Of a DNA stretch of 64,000 bases, positions 51,647 to 60,328 are shown one piece after another. Numbering within the stretch: position 1 is the stretch's first letter; the number at the start of each line of letters is the position of its first letter. A program made the position numbers and the translations under genes. The notes beneath the pieces were generated by a model. The model had not been told where the DNA came from and did no database searches. It saw nothing but the letters and a program-made list of their open reading frames with translations. Source of the stretch: an uncultured Verrucomicrobiae bacterium (GTDB lineage Bacteria > Verrucomicrobiota > Verrucomicrobiia > Chthoniobacterales > UBA10450); contig CAWFGO010000002.1 of NCBI GenBank assembly GCA_963815455.1, positions 320,001-384,000 on the forward strand. The letters are read 5' to 3'.

Positions 51647-52465
51647 CTACCCGCCCGGAGAGGGTGAGGGCTCAGGCGGTTTGCTTTCCGCGGAGGGCGC
51701 CGCCGCATTTCCAGCAAGTTCAGCGCGTTCTTTTAACCACGCCTGATATTCCTCCGGCGCATCGACAACGAGTGTTCCCTTCATTCCGGCGTGGCCCAGA
51801 CCACAAAGCTGACCACAAATCACTTCATAGGTGCCGGTGCGCATTGGCTTGAACCACATAGGGATGAGTGAACCCGGAATGGCATCGGCCGCAATCCGCA
51901 TGGACGGCAAACAAAAGTTGTGGATCACATCTTTTGAAGACAGCTCGATGATGACCGGACGATTAACCGGGACATGCAATTCGCCGAGCGTCACGATGTC
52001 ATCCTTGCCGGCCGGATCGCTCGGATCGACTCCCATCGGATTGGAATTGCTGACCAGCTCGACATTGCGACGGCCAAATAGGCCATCGGGGCCGGGCAAA
52101 TGGAAGTTCCAATTAAATTGCTGCCCGGCGACGTGGACCAGAATCACGTCGCTCGTCGTGGGAAATTCGTTCACACGTTTCGCCCAGAGCGGAATCGCGA
52201 ATCCGACCAGGAGCACTGCCTCGATCAAGACAACGGAAAATTCCAGATGGGTCGAAATTCCACTCGTCACTCCCTCGTGATTGGCCACCGGCTGCCGGCC
52301 CTTGCGAAAGCGAAACAAAACAAAAATGAAAAAGGCCGACCAGCCCACAAACAACGCCCCCATGAACCAGTGGCAGAACTCGAGGATGTGATCAATCTGG
52401 TAGCCGTGCTCAGACACGTTGGGTTGCTGACCCAGAAACTCGTTGATCAGCGCCAGGCTATTCAT
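51647..52465 (-). CDS. coxB: Cytochrome c oxidase subunit II
   Basis: GQQFNWNF, SKDVIHNF, DAIPG and the CuA motif CGQLCGLGHAGM. Confidence 0.93.
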   Translation of the reverse strand: MNSLALINEFLGQQPNVSEHGYQIDHILEFCHWFMGALFVGWSAFFIFVLFRFRKGRQPVANHEGVTSGISTHLEFSVVLIEAVLLVGFAIPLWAKRVNEFPTTSDVILVHVAGQQFNWNFHLPGPDGLFGRRNVELVSNSNPMGVDPSDPAGKDDIVTLGELHVPVNRPVIIELSSKDVIHNFCLPSMRIAADAIPGSLIPMWFKPMRTGTYEVICGQLCGLGHAGMKGTLVVDAPEEYQAWLKERAELAGNAAAPSAESKPPEPSPSPGG

Positions 52466-52748
52466 CGGCGTTCAGATCTTCCTCGGTAAGTTCCTGGTAA
52501 GGTTCGATCGGCATTCTTCCGTGACGCCAAAGATGGAAGCTGAAGGCGCCGATCCCACCAAGAACCGACATCACGGCGCCAAAAAGAAACCAGATTGCCA
52601 CAGCGATGTGCTCGGCCGATTTCCCGTCCTTAGCGCCGTAACAAAAGGGACACGCCGCAACGTGTTGCGCCGAAAATAGGATCGACCCGCCTACGCTCAA
52701 GGCTACGGCGCGGCAGGCGAGGGAAAGGATGGTGGCGAGTTTCTTCAT
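52458..52748 (-). CDS. Small membrane protein with CxxC in the cox operon
   Basis: Signal-like N-terminus, ACPFCYG and one TM; overlaps both neighbours. Confidence 0.7.
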   Translation of the reverse strand: MKKLATILSLACRAVALSVGGSILFSAQHVAACPFCYGAKDGKSAEHIAVAIWFLFGAVMSVLGGIGAFSFHLWRHGRMPIEPYQELTEEDLNADE

Positions 52749-52954
52749 GTGATGAGACGCAGCCGTTTCATTTTTCGATAGAACCAAATACCGTAAATCA
52801 CCAGCGCGATCGCCGCGGCAAATGAGGCGATTGCCCCGGCCAGGAAAATGGGCGCGCCTTCGACGAGATTGGTCCAAACGCACCACACGCCCAATCCGAG
52901 CGCGAGCAGCGTCGAAAAAACGATAAAAACGATGTGAAATCCTTTAAGCGACAT
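52745..52954 (-). CDS. Small two-TM protein in the cox operon
   Basis: MSLKGFHIVFI...YGIWFYRKMK; abuts or overlaps its neighbours. Confidence 0.75.
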   Translation of the reverse strand: MSLKGFHIVFIVFSTLLALGLGVWCVWTNLVEGAPIFLAGAIASFAAAIALVIYGIWFYRKMKRLRLIT

Positions 52955-53296
52955 TTACCGCACAACGGGGTTGTACCACGCCAAAAACGTAAGCCAGAAA
53001 AGGCCGAGCACAAAAAATCCGGTGAAGATGAGGACCCGATAGATGAGGCGCTTTTCCGCGGCCAGATGCATGAAAATCGCGGCGACCAAGCCAGCTTTCA
53101 GTGTGGCAACGAGCATGGCGACCGCGATGTTCGCCTTTTGAGTTCCGAAGTTCACGTAGGAAAGCGCAACCGTGACGGCGGTAAAGGTGAGCAGGATCGC
53201 GCCCACCATGAGATAGCCGCGGACGTGCTTTTGCACATTGTGCGCATATTCCTCGTGCTCGGCCGGATCTTGTGAAACGTCAGGCGGATTGTTCAT
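52955..53296 (-). CDS. Cytochrome c oxidase subunit IV family protein
   Basis: LLTFTAVTV and ATLKAGLVAAIFMHL motifs. Confidence 0.88.
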   Translation of the reverse strand: MNNPPDVSQDPAEHEEYAHNVQKHVRGYLMVGAILLTFTAVTVALSYVNFGTQKANIAVAMLVATLKAGLVAAIFMHLAAEKRLIYRVLIFTGFFVLGLFWLTFLAWYNPVVR

Positions 53297-53299
53297 GGC

Positions 53300-54175
53300 T
53301 TAAAGCAGATAAAAAAGCGGGAAGACAAAAATCCAGACAAGATCGACAAAGTGCCAAAACAGGCCGGCTACCTCGACGCGATTAGCCAGATGCTCGGGGT
53401 TGCGCTGGTAAAGCCGTTTGCTGACCGGCAACCACATGTAAATGAAGACGAGCACGCCGCCGAGCACGTGCGCTCCGTGCAACCCGGTGATCGTAAAATA
53501 GCTGGCAAAATAGGAGCTGTGTTTTGGAAAGAACATGCTGGCACGCTGGACGTCCTCCTTCTCGATCGTGGCGATCTTGTCGGTGGCGGGCTTGGGCCAA
53601 AAGTGCGGCCGATCGGTCTGAGGATTCGTCGGCTCCGCATTCAACGGATCGAGAGCGATTTCATACTCCTTAATGTTCGGATTGGTTAAAGCCTCCTTGT
53701 TGTGCAAGTGCCCGGTAATTTCGAGCCGCGGCGCAAGACCTTTGGCGGCGGCGTGCTCGTTGCCGAGATATTTTTCATACTTGGCCAGGGCCTCCGGCTT
53801 AATGAAAACGCCGAAGTGGTCAAACTTCTGCGGCCATTCGTAGCTCAGCTTGACTGCGAGGAAGATTACTCCGCATAAGATCGTGATGAGCATGTACCAC
53901 CAGTAAGCGCGGTACCGGCGCATCTTGAGCGCGGCCCAGGCCAGCACCACCGTGACCGATGAGGCAATGAGGATAGCGGTGTTCATCGTTCCCACCGGAA
54001 CGTTGAGCAAGCCATGCGGCCATTCACCGGGCAACGCATCCAACCGCAAAAAAATGTAGGCGGAAAAAAGCCCGCCGAAGAGCATCACTTCCGAGGCGAG
54101 GAAAAGCCAGATACCGATCTTGGCGTTCCACAGGCCGGTATCGGGCCGGTTGGAGACTGTGTAGGGGATCTCCAT
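53300..54175 (-). CDS. coxC: Cytochrome c oxidase subunit III (short form with soluble insertion)
   Basis: WLFLASEVMLFGGLF, NTAILIASS, TGLHGAHV and FWHFVDLVW motifs. Confidence 0.93.
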   Translation of the reverse strand: MEIPYTVSNRPDTGLWNAKIGIWLFLASEVMLFGGLFSAYIFLRLDALPGEWPHGLLNVPVGTMNTAILIASSVTVVLAWAALKMRRYRAYWWYMLITILCGVIFLAVKLSYEWPQKFDHFGVFIKPEALAKYEKYLGNEHAAAKGLAPRLEITGHLHNKEALTNPNIKEYEIALDPLNAEPTNPQTDRPHFWPKPATDKIATIEKEDVQRASMFFPKHSSYFASYFTITGLHGAHVLGGVLVFIYMWLPVSKRLYQRNPEHLANRVEVAGLFWHFVDLVWIFVFPLFYLL

Positions 54176-54177
54176 TT

Positions 54178-56073
54178 CTACAAAGGCGTAAGAAGCGCTG
54201 GAGGCTCAACCGGCTCAGGAGGGGGGCTCGGTTTCCGTGGCGCCCGCTCGGCTACGGGCTCATTTTGCATCGTGTAATCGCGATCGGCCCCGGGCAGACT
54301 GTATTCATACGGGCCGCGATAGGCGACGGGAGTCGTGACGAAGTTTCCGTGGGGCGGCGGCGAAGGCGCGGTCCACTCCAGCGTCGTCGCTTCCCATGGG
54401 TTGTCGTTTACTTTTTCACCGTGCTTGATACTCCAGAAGAAATTAATGATGAATGGAATTTGGGCGAGGCCCATGGTCCAGGCCGCCCACGAAATCGGCA
54501 CGTTCCATTGAAAACCGGTCAATCCCCAAATGGTGTGTTCATTGGCCACGCCCCACCCCTGGCCGCCGTCATACCAGCGCCGATGCATCCCGGCCATTCC
54601 CTGCAAAAACATCGGCAGAAAAATCACGTTCATGCAGATGAGCGTCGGCCAGAAATGCACTTTGCCCCAAAACTCGCTCATTCTTCGACCAGTCGCTTTC
54701 GGGAACCAGAAATAAACGCCGGCGAAAAGCCCGAAGATTGTTCCCGGTGCCACAATGTAATGGAAATGCGCAATCACGTAATAAGTGTCGTGCAGATAGA
54801 GATCGGCGGAATTAAAGGCCAGGGGAATGCCAGTTAGGCCGCCGATGCCAAACATCGGTAGAAACGCGACGACGAACAGCATCGGCACGTTGAAACGGAT
54901 CGAGCCGCCCCACAGAGAAATGAAAAAGGCGCTCAGAATGATGACCGACGGGATCGAAATCAACAGAGTCGTAGTCTGGAAAAACGCGCTGACCGTCGAG
55001 CCCATCCCGGTGAGCCACATGTGGTGGGCCCAAACGATGAAGGACAAAAAGCCGAGCACCAGCACTGAAAAAACGAGCGACTTGTAACCCCAAAGCGGCT
55101 TGCGCGAGTTATTGGCCAGGATTTCGCCGACGATCCCGAATGCGGGCAGGATCAAGACGTAAACTTCCGGGTGACCGAGGAACCAGAACAAATGCTGCCA
55201 CAAAATCGGGCTGCCGCCGCCGCTGTTGTGCAGTTGCGTGCCGTTTACCACCAGACCAGCGGGCAGGAAAAAGCTGGTGTCGAAAACGCGATCCATTATC
55301 TGCATGACGATGGCGGCTTCCAGCGGCGGGAAAGCGAGGAGCAACAGGAACGCGGTTACGAATTGCGCCCACACGAAAAACGGCAGCCGCATCCAGGTGA
55401 GCCCCTTGGCCCGCAATTGAATGATGGTGGTGATAAAATTAACCGCGCCCAGCAACGACGAGGTGATAAGAAAAATAAACCCGATCAGCCAGAGCGTTTG
55501 CCCGTTCAAGATCGGAAGATGGCCCGGGCCGGAATCGGCAATTGCCGCCAGCGGAGTATAGGAAGTCCAGCCGCTCTTGGCCGCGCCGCCCGGCACGAAG
55601 AAACTGATCAGCATGATCACTCCGCCGACGTAAAACGCCCAAAAACTTGCGGCATTTACTTTGGGGAAGGTCATGTCCGGCGCGCCGATCTGGAGTGGCA
55701 CAACGAAATTGCCGAAGGCGGCAAATGCCAGCGGCACTACGCCGAGGAAGATCATAATGGTGCCGTGCATGGCCCCGAGCGAGTTGTAAAAATCGGGCGC
55801 CATTTTGCCGTCCGGCATGGTGTTGGCGCCGAAAATGTGAGGGATCCACTTGCCAATGACTGGGAGGGTCTGCCCGGGATAAGCGAGTTGCCAGCGCATC
55901 AGCATCATCAGGCAAAAGCCCATGAACAGGAAAGCCAGGCCGCAAATGCCGTATTGGATGCCGATGACCTTGTGGTCGGTGGAGAAGATGTATTTTCGCC
56001 ACCACCCGAGCTCGTGATGCTCATGGTCGGCCGCGTGCGGATGGTGCGTATCGAGAGAAGCAGAAGCGTCCAT
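54178..56073 (-). CDS. coxA: Cytochrome c oxidase subunit I, A1 type
   Basis: STDHKVIG, HGTIMIF, GWTSY, HLFWFLGHPEVY, WAHHM, HDTYYVIAHFHY and GMHRR motifs. Confidence 0.96.
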   Translation of the reverse strand: MDASASLDTHHPHAADHEHHELGWWRKYIFSTDHKVIGIQYGICGLAFLFMGFCLMMLMRWQLAYPGQTLPVIGKWIPHIFGANTMPDGKMAPDFYNSLGAMHGTIMIFLGVVPLAFAAFGNFVVPLQIGAPDMTFPKVNAASFWAFYVGGVIMLISFFVPGGAAKSGWTSYTPLAAIADSGPGHLPILNGQTLWLIGFIFLITSSLLGAVNFITTIIQLRAKGLTWMRLPFFVWAQFVTAFLLLLAFPPLEAAIVMQIMDRVFDTSFFLPAGLVVNGTQLHNSGGGSPILWQHLFWFLGHPEVYVLILPAFGIVGEILANNSRKPLWGYKSLVFSVLVLGFLSFIVWAHHMWLTGMGSTVSAFFQTTTLLISIPSVIILSAFFISLWGGSIRFNVPMLFVVAFLPMFGIGGLTGIPLAFNSADLYLHDTYYVIAHFHYIVAPGTIFGLFAGVYFWFPKATGRRMSEFWGKVHFWPTLICMNVIFLPMFLQGMAGMHRRWYDGGQGWGVANEHTIWGLTGFQWNVPISWAAWTMGLAQIPFIINFFWSIKHGEKVNDNPWEATTLEWTAPSPPPHGNFVTTPVAYRGPYEYSLPGADRDYTMQNEPVAERAPRKPSPPPEPVEPPALLTPL

Positions 56074-56170
56074 TGTGAAAATTACCGTTCCAATATCGAA
56101 AGAGAACGGCTCATTGCAAAGCCCGAAATTCGGAAAAAATACATGTCGATCTTGCCTGAATAAACCTGGT

Positions 56171-56443
56171 TTACCGCATACGCGCCTGGCGCTCCATCTC
56201 CCGCTGGATCATCCGTTCGCGGCTTCCCTCTCTCCAGCGATAGGAATAGACACTTATCCCGTGCGCGACCAGCCCAATTCCCCAGCCAAAAACCGACCAC
56301 TTAAACCACAAATGGTCGGGAGTGCGGATGAGATTGAGGATGGCGAGAAATGAATTTACCAGCAGGTAAATGATGACGTGCCGGTAAAAGGCCAGGCGCA
56401 TTTCCACCCGGGCGGCCGCTCGCCGATAAGCAATTTCGTCCAT
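56171..56443 (-). CDS. 2TM-domain protein
   Basis: AFYRHVIIYLLVN...WFKW...GWGIGLVAH pattern. Confidence 0.85.
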   Translation of the reverse strand: MDEIAYRRAAARVEMRLAFYRHVIIYLLVNSFLAILNLIRTPDHLWFKWSVFGWGIGLVAHGISVYSYRWREGSRERMIQREMERQARMR

Positions 56444-56552
56444 AACGCAGACTTCAACATGTCGATCCTAAAATGACCAGCGGAAAACGCACGAAGTAGA
56501 GTCCGCCGATTTGGGATTGGTCCGGGCCGGCGATTCCGGCACGATCTCACTC

Positions 56553-57068
56553 ATGAAATGGATTCTTCGAATCGTCGTTTTGATTCTGGCCCTGATCGCA
56601 ATTGTGGTGGCAATCGGCTACGCATTGCCCGCGCATCATACGCTCACTCGCACAATCAACCTGAAACAAACGCCCGAGGCGGTTTTTGCCGTGCTGGCCG
56701 ATATTCGGAAGATGCCGGAGTGGAACCACGGCATGGAAAGAGTCGAGATGCTCGACCCGATAGACGGCAAGGAGGCGACGAAACAAACATTCAAGGGCGG
56801 AATGACGATGACGATCGTCACCGCGGAGAGCTCGCCGCCCAATCATCTCGTGCGCGAAATGAGCGACGTGGGCGGGCCGATGGTCGGTTCCTGGACTTAC
56901 GAGATCACGCCGGCAGCGGATGGCTGCCAGGTCGCGCTCACCGAACGGGCAACGTTTAAGAACCCGTTCTTTCGAGTGATGATCAAGATTTTCGGTCCGA
57001 CCAAATACATGGATGCACACCTTGTCGATCTTGCCCGGCATTTTGGCGAGACCGCGGAGCCACGATAA
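56553..57068 (+). CDS. SRPBCC-family protein
   Basis: N-terminal TM, LPAHH, PEAVFAVLAD...PEW and GSWTYEI motifs. Confidence 0.8.
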   Translation: MKWILRIVVLILALIAIVVAIGYALPAHHTLTRTINLKQTPEAVFAVLADIRKMPEWNHGMERVEMLDPIDGKEATKQTFKGGMTMTIVTAESSPPNHLVREMSDVGGPMVGSWTYEITPAADGCQVALTERATFKNPFFRVMIKIFGPTKYMDAHLVDLARHFGETAEPR

Positions 57069-57098
57069 CGGCACGAATTGTGGCTGAGACAGCCGCCT

Positions 57099-57788
57099 CT
57101 ACATCTTTTGATTCCACCACTTCGATAACCGGGACTGGGGAATGTTCGGAATGGCTCTGCCGGCCGCGTCGTAATGTGAGGTGTCGTTGAACAAGGTCAA
57201 TCGCGCCCGCGTCGGGTCGCGAAAATCGACAATGTTCAGCGCCGCCGGTTTTTGATCGAGATTGTCCCGGTACCGGCGCGGATCGAACCCGAGCAGCGAG
57301 CTAAGCAGCAGCCGAATGGTGGCCTTGTGTGACGCGACCAGAATGCATTCGCCCGGATGCTGGCGCACCAGATCAATGAGCACCGGCAGGGCGCGGGCAG
57401 TTACAGTCAGGCCGCTCTCGCCGCCCATCGGGGCGAACGTGTAGGGATCCTTCTCCCACTCCGCGGCTTCCTCGGGAAATTTTTCCTCCACTTCACGCCG
57501 GGTCATTTGCTCCCAGCGCCCGTGTGAAATTTCGCGCAGCCCATCACGCGGTTGTACTTCGAGTTTGTGCGGTGCGGCCAGAATCTGCGCGGTCTCAATG
57601 GTACGGCCCAATGGCGAGGCGTAGATGGCCGCGATTTTTTCGTGACTCAACCGTTCCGCCAAACGCCGCGTTTGTTCGCGGCCCTCATCGGAAAGCTCGA
57701 CATCGGTCGCGCCGGCAAAGCGGTCCTCGGCGGTCAAGACGGTCGCGCCGTGTCTGACCATGAAAACGCGGGTAACAGAAGTCGCCAT
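57099..57788 (-). CDS. Histidine phosphatase (phosphoglycerate mutase family)
   Basis: VRHG, ASPLGR, LREISHGRWE, GES, ASH and NDTSH motifs. Confidence 0.9.
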   Translation of the reverse strand: MATSVTRVFMVRHGATVLTAEDRFAGATDVELSDEGREQTRRLAERLSHEKIAAIYASPLGRTIETAQILAAPHKLEVQPRDGLREISHGRWEQMTRREVEEKFPEEAAEWEKDPYTFAPMGGESGLTVTARALPVLIDLVRQHPGECILVASHKATIRLLLSSLLGFDPRRYRDNLDQKPAALNIVDFRDPTRARLTLFNDTSHYDAAGRAIPNIPQSRLSKWWNQKM

Positions 57789-57866
57789 AGGCCAGCCTGG
57801 TCATGACGCAAATTTCGGCAAAACGCAATCCTGTAGCCGTGCCGGGCTACGAAAACGGAATCGAAG

Positions 57867-58706
57867 TCAGCGCCGGCTGGGCGGCAGCGTCGGAGGCAAG
57901 GCGAAAAAAATCACGGGAATAGCTGCCATCGCAATCACCGCCACCGCCATCAGGGCTTTGTACAAGGTCGTAAGCGAGTTTTCCGAGAACTGATCGGCCA
58001 CTTCGAGCTTGGTCGAAACAATAAGAAGCGCGAAGGCCAGCGCCTCGAGGAAAATGAATCGAATGACCTTGTTGCGACGGCGCCTTTTCGTCAGACGAGG
58101 TTCCTCGCCCCAGCCCGGGAATTGAAAGTCGGGAATATCCGCTTCCGCTGTTTCGATTATCTCCGGCGCCAGGCCGGGCTCATCGTAACTCGCGAAAGGC
58201 TGGGCCAGTTCATCCGGGACGGTTGGCATCACGGGCGTTGCCGGTAACACCCGTTTGGATGTCTGGACCGGTCGAGTTGGTTGGGCTCGCTGGACCGGCG
58301 CAGGAGCAGCCGGTTGCGGTCGCTGGCCCGGTCGTATCGGTCGCACTGGTCGAGCCGGCCGAGGCGCGGCTGCTGGCGGGACCGGAGCTGCCGGCGCGCT
58401 GGGAATTGGCGGCGCAACGGGGACTTTCGGAATGACGGGAGCCGATCGTGCGACCGGAGTCAGGGGCACTAGCGGATTCGACGGCGGCGGAAACCCGCTT
58501 ACATCGAAAGGTTCCTCCGGTCGCGGCGCTTCTATGGGCGCGCTGTTGTTGGTCGCATTCTCCGGTTGCGTCACCGCGGGCAATGTTGGCTGCGACTCGG
58601 CTTGCGCGCCCGGCTCCGGTGCCGATTCCTCCTGCCGCCGTTTCTTCGGTACCGCTCCCTCAGAAAGATCGGGGAAACTGTAGGATTCGCTGGGAATTAG
58701 AGACAT
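57867..58706 (-). CDS. Pro-rich hypothetical protein with two C-terminal TM helices
   Basis: Intact 279-aa ORF with a low-complexity middle, then an RRRR cluster and two hydrophobic helices. Confidence 0.7.
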   Translation of the reverse strand: MSLIPSESYSFPDLSEGAVPKKRRQEESAPEPGAQAESQPTLPAVTQPENATNNSAPIEAPRPEEPFDVSGFPPPSNPLVPLTPVARSAPVIPKVPVAPPIPSAPAAPVPPAAAPRPARPVRPIRPGQRPQPAAPAPVQRAQPTRPVQTSKRVLPATPVMPTVPDELAQPFASYDEPGLAPEIIETAEADIPDFQFPGWGEEPRLTKRRRRNKVIRFIFLEALAFALLIVSTKLEVADQFSENSLTTLYKALMAVAVIAMAAIPVIFFALPPTLPPSRR

Positions 58707-58828
58707 TTGACGGGAATCCGCTGGAACTACCGTAGTTCCAATTGTTATGACCTATTATAGGCTTTTATCTCTTCCTGATCAACGGCTACCCTCCCTAACG
58801 CGAGACTCAAGCAAGACCCGAACGGGTT

Positions 58829-59035
58829 TCATTTTCGTCCGATAAGGAATGCCACGAAAAGCGACGAAGCCAGCAAGAGAATGGTGCGGAGTTGCTTCCT
58901 GGTCAGATGCACGCCCATTCCCCCGATCGGGAGCGTAACGCGTCCGTTGTTCTGCACGAGGTCGAATTCGTCGTCGTAAAAAGCCTGCCTCTGCGCTCCG
59001 TTACGAGGCTCGCGACGTTTGCCTTTGAGATTCAT
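58829..59035 (-). CDS. Small hypothetical membrane protein
   Basis: 68-aa ORF with a C-terminal hydrophobic helix; no recognised family. Confidence 0.45.
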   Translation of the reverse strand: MNLKGKRREPRNGAQRQAFYDDEFDLVQNNGRVTLPIGGMGVHLTRKQLRTILLLASSLFVAFLIGRK

Positions 59036-59132
59036 ATCTGCCGTCCAAAACAACTCCAAGCAAAGCATTTCATCTGCCATTTGCCCGACATGCTTTTGGG
59101 AGATATGCCCCCGGTGCCACTTCATCACTCTT

Positions 59133-60206
59133 ATGCAAGATTCGAGCGTGGAAGATCGACATCCGCCCCGCGCGATTATCCATCTCGACATGGATTGTTT
59201 TTACGCCGCGATCGAGGTGCGGGACAACCCGGCCTTGCGTGGGAAACCGGTGGGAGTGGGCGGGGCGCGCGACCGGCGGGGCGTGCTGACGACATGCAAT
59301 TACGAAGCGCGCAAGTTCGGCGTGCGCTCGGCCATGCCCACCTTCATGGCGCTGCAACGCTGTCCGCAGCTCATCGTGCTTCCTACCCGATTCGATGTTT
59401 ACCGGCGCGAAGCCGCCGTCATCCGCGGAATCCTGCACCGGTTCACGCCGTTAATTGAGCCGCTGTCTCTCGATGAAGCCTATCTCGATGTTACCGCACA
59501 TCCGGGCGCTCCCGGCCCGCTCGCCCAGGTGATCCGCGGCATGATTTTTCGCAAAACGAAGCTGACCTCCTCCGCCGGAATCGGTCCAAACAAATTGATC
59601 GCCAAGATCGCCAGCGAAATAAACAAGCCCAACGGACAACTCGAAATCGGTCCGGGCCAGGTGGCCGATTTCATCGCGAAACTGCCTGTCCGAAAAATCT
59701 GGGGAATCGGCGAGAAAACCGAAAAGAAACTGGAAGAGCTGGGCGTTAAAACCTGCGGCGAATTGCAACGCTTCTCCCGGGCCAGGCTGGTCGATCTTTT
59801 CGGCAAGTTCGGTCTCGAACTTTACGATCTTTGCCGCGGGATCGATGACCGGCAAGTCGAGCCGGATCGTCCGCGCAAATCGCTCAGCACCGAGGAAACC
59901 TTCGTTGTCGATCTTGCCACTCTCGAACAATGCGAAGAGAAATTGGAGGAGCTCTTTCAGGATTTGATGGCCGAGCTGGCCCAGAAAGAATCGACCCGGG
60001 TCATCATGAAAATTTTTGTAAAACTGAAGTTCCACGATTTCACCCGCACCACCGCCGAACGCGCCGGGCTCGCGCCGACGCTACCCGATTTTCGAGCATT
60101 GCTCGCCGAAGCGTTTGCCCGCACAGGCAAACCGGTCCGTCTCATCGGCGTCGGTGTCCGGTTCGCCGACCCCGCGCCGGCCGACGCGCAAATTCCGTTG
60201 TTGTAG
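59133..60206 (+). CDS. dinB: DNA polymerase IV
   Basis: IIHLDMDCFYAAIE, CNYEARKFGVRSAM, SLDEAYLD, NKLIAKIAS, KPNG and RLIGVGV motifs. Confidence 0.96.
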   Translation: MQDSSVEDRHPPRAIIHLDMDCFYAAIEVRDNPALRGKPVGVGGARDRRGVLTTCNYEARKFGVRSAMPTFMALQRCPQLIVLPTRFDVYRREAAVIRGILHRFTPLIEPLSLDEAYLDVTAHPGAPGPLAQVIRGMIFRKTKLTSSAGIGPNKLIAKIASEINKPNGQLEIGPGQVADFIAKLPVRKIWGIGEKTEKKLEELGVKTCGELQRFSRARLVDLFGKFGLELYDLCRGIDDRQVEPDRPRKSLSTEETFVVDLATLEQCEEKLEELFQDLMAELAQKESTRVIMKIFVKLKFHDFTRTTAERAGLAPTLPDFRALLAEAFARTGKPVRLIGVGVRFADPAPADAQIPLL

Positions 60207-60311
60207 CACAGCCATCCTGGCTGTGGGGCCGGCGGGCTTCCAGCCTGCCGATTCATTGACAAAGCCCAGGCGAGACGCCCGGCGGCCCCACAGGCTGGAA
60301 GCCTGTGCTAC
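60203..60311. repeat. Inverted GTAG-type REP pair; supplies the dinB stop codon
   Basis: GTAGCACAGCCATCCTGGCTGTG ... CACAGGCTGGAAGCCTGTGCTAC; the TAG at 60204-60206 lies inside the GTAG. Confidence 0.85.
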
Positions 60312-60328
60312 GATTTCGCCTGACGGTT

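Noticed and set aside
58990..59133. LexA box upstream of dinB
   Set aside because: No TGTTC-N4-GAACA or other convincing palindrome was found by eye.
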